Positions 55,808 to 64,000 of a stretch of 64,000 nt of DNA are shown piece after piece. The position numbers and the translations under genes were made by a program. This DNA is from the human T2T-CHM13v2.0 reference genome, Homo sapiens. Location: the NCBI RefSeq assembly GCF_009914755.1, contig NC_060931.1, one strand, 5' to 3'. Positions within the stretch are counted from its first letter, which is position 1. Each line of letters opens with the position of its first letter. The notes under the pieces were generated by a model, which was given only the letters and a program-made list of their open reading frames with translations, had not been told where the DNA came from and ran no database searches.

Positions 55808-58055
55808 AAATATACAATCATGTCATCTGCAAACAGAGACAATTTGGCTTCCTCTCTTCCTATTTGAATACCCCATATTTCTTTTTCTTGCCTGATTGTC
55901 CTGGCCAGAACTTCCAATACTTGTTGAATAGGAGTGGTGAGAGAGGGCATCCTTGTCTGTGCCGGATATCAAAGGGAATGCTTCCAGCTTTTGCCAATTC
56001 AGTATGATATTGGCTGTGGGTTTGTCATAAATAGCTCTTATTATTTTGAGGTATGTCCCATCAATACCTAGTTTATTGAGAGTTTTTAGCATGAAGGGGG
56101 GTTGAATTTTATCAAAGGCCTTTTCTGCATCTACTGAGATAATCATATGGTTTTTGTCCTTCGTTCCATTTACATGATGGATTACGTTTATTGATTTGCA
56201 TATGTTGAACCAGCCTTGCATCCCAGGGATGAAGGCAAACAGAGAGCCAAACCATGAATGAACTCCCATTCACAATTACTACAAAGAGAATAAAATACCT
56301 AGGAATACAACTTACAAGGGATGTGAAGGACCTCCTCAAGGAGAACTACAAACCACTGCTCAAGGAAATAAGAGAGGACACAAACAGATGGAAAAACATT
56401 CCATGCTCATGAATAAGAAGAATCAATATTGTGAAAATGGCCTTACTTCCCAAAGTAATTTATGATTCAATGCTATCCCCATCAAGCTACTATTGACTTT
56501 CTTCACAGAACCAGAAAAAACTACTTTAAATTTCATATGGAACCAAAAAAGAGCCAGTATAGCCAAGACAATCCTAAGCAAAAAGGTCAAAGCTGGAGGC
56601 ATCATGCTACCTAACTTTAAACTATACTACAAGGCTACAATAACCAAAACAGCATGGTACTGGTACCAAAACAGATATATAGACCAATGGAACAGAACAG
56701 AGGCCTCAGAAATAATGCCACACGTCTAAGACCATCAGATCTTGGACAAACCTGACAGAAACAAGAAATGGGGAAAAGATTCCCTATTTAATAAATGGTG
56801 TTGGGAAAACTGGCTAGCCATATGCAGAAAGCTGAAACTGGACCCCTTCCTTACACCTTATACAAAAAGTAACTCAAGATGGATCAAAGAGTTAAATGTA
56901 AAACTTAAAACCATAAAAACCCTAGAAGAAAACCTAGGCAATACCATTCAGGACACAGGCATGGGCAAAGACTTCATAACTAAAACACCAAAAACAATGA
57001 AACAAAAATCAAAATTGACAAATGGGATCTAATTAAACTAAAGAGCTTCGGCACAGCAAAAGAAACTACCATCAGAGTGAACAAGCAACCTACAGAATGG
57101 GAGAAATTTTTTTGCAATCTATCCATCTGACAAAGGGCTAATATCCAGAATCTACAAGGTACTTAAACAAATTTACAAGAAAAAAACAAACAACCCAATC
57201 AAAAAGTGGACAAAGGATATGAACAGATATTTGTCAAAAGAAGACATCTATGTGGCCAAAAAAATATGAAAAAAAGCTCATCATCACTGGTCATTAAGAA
57301 ATGCAAATCAAAACCACAGTGAGATACCATCCCATGCCAGTTAGAATGGTGATCATTAAAAAGTCAGGAAACAACAGATGCTGGGGGGGATGTGGAGAAA
57401 TGGGAATGCTTTTACACTGTTGGTGGGAATGTAAATTAGTTCAACCATTGTGGAAGACAGTGTGATGATTCCTCAAGGATCTAGAACCAGAAATATCATT
57501 TGACCCAGCAATCTCACTACTGGGTATACCCCAAAGGATAATAAATCATTCTACTATAAAGACACATGCACACGTATGTTTATTGCAGCACAGTTCACAA
57601 TAGCAAAGACTTGGAATCAACCCAAATGCCCATCAATGATATAGACTGGATAAAGAAAATGTGGCACACATATACTATGGAATACTATGCAGCCATAAAA
57701 AAGGATAAGTTCATGTCCTTTGCAGGGACATGGATGAAGCTGGAAACCATTATTCTCAGCCAACTAACATAGGAACAGAAAACCAAGCACCACATATTCT
57801 CACTCATAAGTGGGAGTTGAACAATGAGAACGCACGGACACAGGGAGGGGAACATCACACACTCGGGCCTGTCATGGGGGTGGGGGGCTAGGGGAGAGAT
57901 AACATTAGGAGAAATACCTAATGTAGATGATGGGTTGATGGGTGCAGTAAATCACCATGGCACGTGTATATGTATGTAACAAACCTGCACATTCTGCACA
58001 TGTATCCCAGAACTTAAAGTATAATAATAAATTAATAAAAATTTAAAAAGAAATT
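55808..58055 (+). mobile_element. L1PA with twin-priming inversion (55808-56234 antisense, 56235-58055 sense)
   Basis: 15-bp perfect TSD aaaaaatgaaataat (55793-55807, 58056-58070) at a TT/AAAA site. The inverted part encodes [11 protein letters not shown]...LFADDMIVY of the reverse transcriptase. Confidence 0.94.
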
Positions 58056-58572
58056 AAAAAATGAAATAATGTATTTATGTAATTAGAACAGTCCACAAAT
58101 AGAGAAAGGCACAATATAGTGAGAACTTTATATTCCTTTCCTCTCCCCTCAAAGTCTTTAGAAGTAACTACTACTAAGATCTGTTTTACTTTTCTTTCAG
58201 AAGGCATTTTATATGTATGCCAGCATATACCCAGTGCACATCACCTTCATCTTCATTTACACAAAGGCTCATACTATCCACATGGCTTTGCACCTGACAT
58301 GTGCCAGTTATTATTCTTTAGAGACCTTTCCATAGAGATCCACATGCAGCTTTCTCTTTTTTTCCCTTCCCACCTTCCCAGCTGGCCTCCCTCCCTCTCT
58401 TCTATCCTTTCTCATTTTCCTTCCAGAAAGAAAACTTCTGGGTTTTTTACTCTTACTTTATAGAAAGTGAAGGGGAAAAGTTTTGTTTTTAATTGTATGC
58501 TTTTTTAAATCAGAAAATTCTACTAAAACAATACCCAAGTCTGTTTCTTTAAAGTCATTTACATTTTTTGTT

Positions 58573-58929
58573 TTTCTTTTTTCTTGGTTTTTTTTTTTTT
58601 TGTGTGTTTGTGTTTTTTTTGGTTTGTTTGTTTTTTGTTTTTGTTTTTGAGACGGAGTTTCACTCTTTTCCCCAGGCTGGAGTGAAGTGGCGTGATCTCA
58701 GCTCACTGCAACCTCCACCCACCCGGGGTTCAAGTGATTCTTGCCTGAGCCTCCCAAGTAGCTGGGATTATAGGCACCCACCACCACAGCCGGCTAATTT
58801 TTGTATTTTTAGTAGAGACGGGGTTTCGCTATTTTGACCAGGCTGGTCTCGAACTCCTGACCTCAGGTGATCCACCCTCCTGGGCCTCCCAAAGTGCTGG
58901 GATTACAGGCATGAGCCACCACGCCTGGC
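58573..58929 (-). mobile_element. AluS
   Basis: Full dimer with long T/G tail; TSD about attttttgtttt. Confidence 0.92.
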
Positions 58930-59009
58930 ATTTTTTGTTTTTTCTGATTATATAAATAATACCTTCCGGTTACAGCAAAATTAAGCAATGTGTGAACATT
59001 TAATTAACA

Positions 59010-59235
59010 AAGACTTATACAGTACTTACTGTGTGCCAGGCCCTCATCTAGGTCCTTTAAATATTGACTCATTTAATTAAATACTCATAACAAACCTATG
59101 AGTTAGGTCTTATAAATTTGTTTTACTAGTGGGGAAACTGAGACATGAAGAGATTAAGTAAATTTCATAGTTAAAAGGCAGCTGAGTTAGACTTCAATTC
59201 CAGCCTATCTGACTCCAGAGCTCACTCTGCTCCAT
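59010..59235 (-). mobile_element. MIR SINE
   Basis: acttactgtgtgccagg...ggggaaactgagacatgaagagattaagta. Confidence 0.75.
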
Positions 59236-59429
59236 GGCCTGTCTCCAGACTAAAAAGATACTAGAGACACAGAAAACTCATGTCCTGCAGTAACCACTAT
59301 TGACTTTATGGTGACAATTCTTTCATAATATTTTTTGTGTATATTTATGAACAAACACATATTTTTATAAAATTAAAACATACAGCTATACAACATACAT
59401 ACACACATATATGTAAAATCAAGGGGCTT

Positions 59430-60820
59430 TTTGTGGTCATAAATTTCACAAAAATGAGATTATCTTATATATACGTACTCCTCTGCATCTTGCATTTCTA
59501 GTTTAACAGTTTCATAAAATTCCTCCAAGTCAATTAGTGTAGCTCTAGTGATGGTCTAGTACCTGCATGATATTCCTTGGTCCAATATACCTCAATTTCT
59601 TTAACCATTTCCCTGCTAATGTGTATTTACCTTGTTTCCAGGATTTGGGGGTACCACAATTACGCTGAAATAAACATCTGAGTGCATACTTCTTTTTGTA
59701 TTGGTAATTTTGTATCTAGGGATTAGATTTCCAGGTGTTAGTTTCCTTTTTAAAAAAAAAAAACAGATTTTGCAGATTGCCTTCAAAAAAATTGAACAAT
59801 TCACATACTCATCAACAGTGAATGAGGATCCCATTTTCCTGACAGTCTTACCAGCAATAGGTGAAAGTCCTTTGTAATTTTTGCTGATATCGTTGGTGCA
59901 CAGTGGCAATTCATTGTTAGTTAATGTATTTTCTCCCTGACTACTAGGAAGCTGAAAGACTTGTTGTTGTTGTTGTTCTGCCAGGACATTTGGATTTGCT
60001 GTTCTGTGCTTGCCTGCTTATATCTCTGCCCATTTTTCTATTAATCATCTTTTTTCAGTTATAATTAATATAGTTCTTTGTACTTAATATATCCTTCAGC
60101 TATTAGATCCATTACACACTTTCCCCAATCCATTATTTGTACTTTACTTTTGTATGTCTTATATTTCACCTTTTAAAATGTCTTAATATTTATAAAAATC
60201 AAATCTGACTAATTTTTATAATAGCTTATAGGTTTCCTGCTTCATCAATCTCCAACTTGTACTTATGGTCTCCTACATTTTCTTCTAAAGTTCCATCCTT
60301 TTATTCTTTACCTTTAAGATTTTGATCCACCTGAAATTTATTTGTGTGTAAAATGAGAGGCAGGAACCAAAATTATTCTTTCCCAATACATAGCTGATTT
60401 TGCCTATATTATTTATTAAATAAACCACTGTTCTGTGATAAATTAATATATATTTATTATCTATTAAATTCTCAAAGGCTGCAGAATCTATTTTTGGGAA
60501 CTGTATTCTATACAGTTCCACTTATCTTTTTGCTTACTTCTATGATAATATTATGCTGTTTTTATTACAGAGACTTCACTTCATTTTAATGTTTTCTAAG
60601 GTCCTTTTTTTCACATTTTCTTGACTATTCTTGAACATTTATTCTTCCATGTGAACTTTAAGTTTATTTAATCCAATTTAAGCACACACGTCAGTGTCCT
60701 CATTTAGATTGCATTCAATTTTTACTTAATGGGAAAATTCATATTTTCATAATATTAAATTTTCTCATTCAGGAATGTAGTGTATCTTTCTGTTTATGCA
60801 TGGTTTATTTTATGTCCTCA
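59430..60820 (-). mobile_element. Old L1ME-like fragment
   Basis: Decayed antisense ORF2 motifs (for example YTQINFRWIK in the 60285-60521 ORF). Confidence 0.65.
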
Positions 60821-61807
60821 TATAGAACTGACCTCCATACACCCTTATCTGGAGCCATGAAGGGTAGGCTTGCCAGAACTTTTTCACCTAAGTCAACCCT
60901 GCAATAGGAGGACATCTCAGAGCACCTTTTGCATCTCCACGTGTTGTCCCTAATGGTAACTTGATCTTATCCCACACTTTCTTGCCTCTTAGAAGACACT
61001 TTTATCTATTCTCATCTTTCATTGTTTCTTTGATCATGTCTGCCTTTCTTGCACCAGCTCTTAATCTTCAGAATTCACTCAAATCTCTTCTTTTCATAAG
61101 GTCACCACCTTCCACTCCTCCCCAGCTCTCTCCAGTGTGTGCTGCAAGACCTGTGTGCTGCAGTTGCTCACACATCCAACTCTCCCTGGGGAGTGAATCA
61201 GCAGCCCAAGCATTGTCCTAGTGAACTGCTTCCAACAGTCCCTGACCTAGAATCACAAGAGGCTTGGGGAGTGGGGTGGCTCCGACACTGCAGGCCTCCA
61301 GAAGGACCCCTCACCGACACGTTGTTCCTGCCACTGTCCTCCAGTGTTCTCATGTGGGGTTCTAATGTGGGTCTCTGGGCCACTGTTTCCTGGGCTGCCA
61401 TAGAGCCTTACAGCTGCCATTTACTGCTTTCAGGATCTTGAACATTTGTCTCCCAACTTTTCTGACACTAAGTGCATCTTCTGAGTATATTCCCATTGTC
61501 ACTAACATTCAGAACTTTGGCTCTTGTCAAATTGCTTCAATTTTGGATATCTGTGTCACTGGAGAAGTGAATCAAGCTAAATGAAGAATGCCCTTATTTT
61601 TTCTTCTGTGTTCTCTCTCTGCAAAGAGGAGAATGATCTTCCCCAGTATTGTGCTTTCTGAGACACACCTAGTGCATGATCCAAATGGTCCTTGATTCCA
61701 AGTAAAATGGCAAAGATCCACATGTAGCTGGATCCCACCTGTGATCACAATCTTTCTATGCTCTCAGATTCCACCTTACCTCAATGTTTGAAAAGAAAAA
61801 ATTTCAG

Positions 61808-63541
61808 ACCAAGAAGCAGCTTCTCCACTCCTGGAATCTCTGCCTTGTTCAGCCTGTCTGCCTCCACCATGTCCATCAGGGTGACCCAGAAGTCCTACAA
61901 GGTGTCCACCTCTGGCCTCCGGGCCTTCAGCAGCTGCTCTCACATGAGTGGGCCTGGTGCCCACCTCAGCTCCTTAAGCTTCTCCCGAGTGGGCAGCACC
62001 AGCTTCCGGGCTGGCCTGGGCAGAGGCTATGGTGGGGCCAGCAGCATGGGAGGCATCACTGCCGTCATGGTCAACCAGAACCTGCTGAGCCCCCTGAACC
62101 TGGAGGTGGACCCCAACATCCAGGCCATGCGCACCCAGGAGAAGGAGCAGATCAAGACCCTCAACAAGAAGTTTCCCTCCTTCATTGACAAGGTACGTTT
62201 CCTGGAGCAGCAGAACAAGATGCTGGAGACCAAGGGGAGCCTCCTGCAGCAGCAGAAGATGGCTTGGAGCAACGTGGACATGTTCGAGAGCTACATCAAC
62301 AACTTTATGCAGCGGCTGGAGACTCTGAGCCAGGAGAAGCCGAAGCTGGAGGCAGAGCTTGGCAACATGCAGAGGCTGGCGGAGAACTTCAAGAAAAAGT
62401 ATGAGGATGAAATCAATAAGCGTACAGAGATGGAGAATGAATTTCTCCTCAGATGTGGGTGAAGCTTACATGAACAAGGTAGAGCTGGAGTCTCGCCTGG
62501 AAGCGCTGACTGAAGAGATCAGCTTCCTCAGGCAGCTGTATGAAGAAGAGATCCAGGAGCTGCAGTCCTAGATCTCGGACACGTCTGTGGTGCTGTCCAT
62601 GGACAACAGCTGCTCCCTGGACATGGACAGCATCATCGCTGAGGTCAGGGCTCAGTACAAGGTGATCGCCAACCGCAGCCTGACTGAGGCTGAGAGCACG
62701 GACCAGATGAAGTATGAGGAGCTGCAGATGCTGGCTGGGAAGCGCTGGGATGACCTGGGGCGTACAAAGGCTGAGATCTCCGAGATGAACCGGAACATCA
62801 GCTGGCTCCAGGCTGAGATTGAGGGCCTCAAAGGCCAGAGGGCTTCCCTAGAGGCCGCCGTCACAGACGCAGAGCAGCCCGGGGAGCTGGCCATGAAGGG
62901 TGCCAAAGCCAAGCTGTCTGAGCTGGAGACCGCCCTGCAGCTAGCCAAGCAGGACATGGCTCAGCAGCTGCGTGAGTACAGGAACTGGCCCTGGACGCCT
63001 ACAGGAAGCTGCTGGAGGGCGAGGAGAGCTGGCTGGAGTCTGGGATGCAGAACATGAGTATCCATACGAAGACCACCTGTGGCTATGCAGGTGGTCTGAG
63101 CTCTCCTACGGGCGCCTCACAAGCCCCGGCCTCAGCTACGGCCTGGGCTCCAGCTTTGGCTCTGGCGCGGGCTCCAGCTCCTTCAGCCACACCAGCTCCA
63201 CCAGGGCCGTGGCTGTGAAGATCAAGACCCGCGATGGGAAGCTGGCGTCCGAGTCCTCTGACATTCTGCCCAAGTGAACAGCTGCGACAGCCCCTCCCAG
63301 CCTGCCCCTCCTGTGGCTGCCCCAGAGCCGGGGAGGGAGGCCGCTGTGCAGGGGAGCAAAGGGAACAGGAGACCCACCTGAGGCTCACCCCTAGCTCTCA
63401 GCCCACCCACGGGGGAGTTTACTGCCTGGGGACACCCTTTGCCCATGCCTCCAGCTACAAAACAATTCAACTGCTTTTTTTTTTTTTTTTTTTTTTTTTG
63501 TACAAAATAAAACCTCAGCTAGCTCTTTCAAAAAAAAAAAA
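61808..63541 (+). pseudogene. KRT8P20: Processed keratin 8 pseudogene
   Basis: KRT8-like 5'UTR, ATG at 61869 ([16 protein letters not shown]...), no introns, former stop TGA 63275-63277, AATAAA 63506-63511, poly(A) 63530-63541, TSD-like aaaaaat(tt)cag flanks. Disablements: frameshift deletion ~62452, nonsense TAG 62569-62571, deletions ~62985-62998. KRT8 origin is certain; the P20 number is recalled from the AMPH neighbourhood. Confidence 0.93.
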
Positions 63542-64000
63542 TCAGTCCCACAAGGTCCCATCAGTCTCATTCTGCAGGCCAATGAGGATTTTCTTCATAT
63601 TTTCAATGTGTTGAGAAGAATCTGCAGAATGTTAGGACATATACAGACAGATGAAAATACTCACACAAGGAGTAAGAAAACCTTCAGAGGAGGCAAATTT
63701 GCAAAGCAAGAACTGTGCCCCTCCCCAGTTCTAAGTCAACAACCACCCCATTAAGAGTCTATCTTAATTCTGGGGCTGTCAGCAGGTTTCCTTTCGCCTG
63801 CTCTTATTTGTTCATTTTATGGAACACAGTAGTCTGCCTTTTTTTTCATGTCTAAACTCATTTCCTGTTGAGAAAGTTCATAACCATGGCACAACAGTAA
63901 TCATCTTGCATAAGTTACTCAGCTCCTTTCTGCTCTTGTTTCCTCATCTCCAAAATAAGAATAAAAATAATACTTCTTTTATAAGGTTGTGTTGAGGATC

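Noticed and set aside
55756-57772. Reverse-transcriptase-like ORFs as an active or novel RT system
   Set aside because: Fragmented, frameshifted L1 ORF2 of a 5'-truncated, inverted element.

Overview
Human (primate) genomic DNA. The 23 codons at 38004-37936 on the - strand read MADIKTGIFAKNVQKRLNRAQEK, which I recognise as the N-terminus of amphiphysin (AMPH). This is coding exon 1, inside a CpG-island promoter. Positions 1-37935 are AMPH intron 1; exon 2 was not found in the window. Upstream of the promoter (right side) is repeat-rich intergenic DNA ending in an intronless, disabled keratin-8 retrocopy with a poly(A) tail (61808-63541; probably KRT8P20, from recall of the locus). The rest is largely interspersed repeats (Alu, L1, L2, MIR, MaLR/ERVL LTRs, Tigger/MADE/hAT DNA elements) and microsatellites. 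Subfamily names are from recalled consensus sequences, not a database run. I found no convincing new gene system. The best leads are sequence-level oddities: (1) an Alu with an iterative templated-insertion scar that creates new AMPH-sense splice donors behind a 207-nt polypyrimidine tract; (2) a 148-bp local duplicate clamped between inverted (TG)n/(CA)n tracts; (3) two twin-primed L1s that form direct repeats around the AMPH promoter; (4) a Tigger element whose two termini share the same non-consensus base; (5) a weak exon-1 donor with G-runs and a competing consensus donor.
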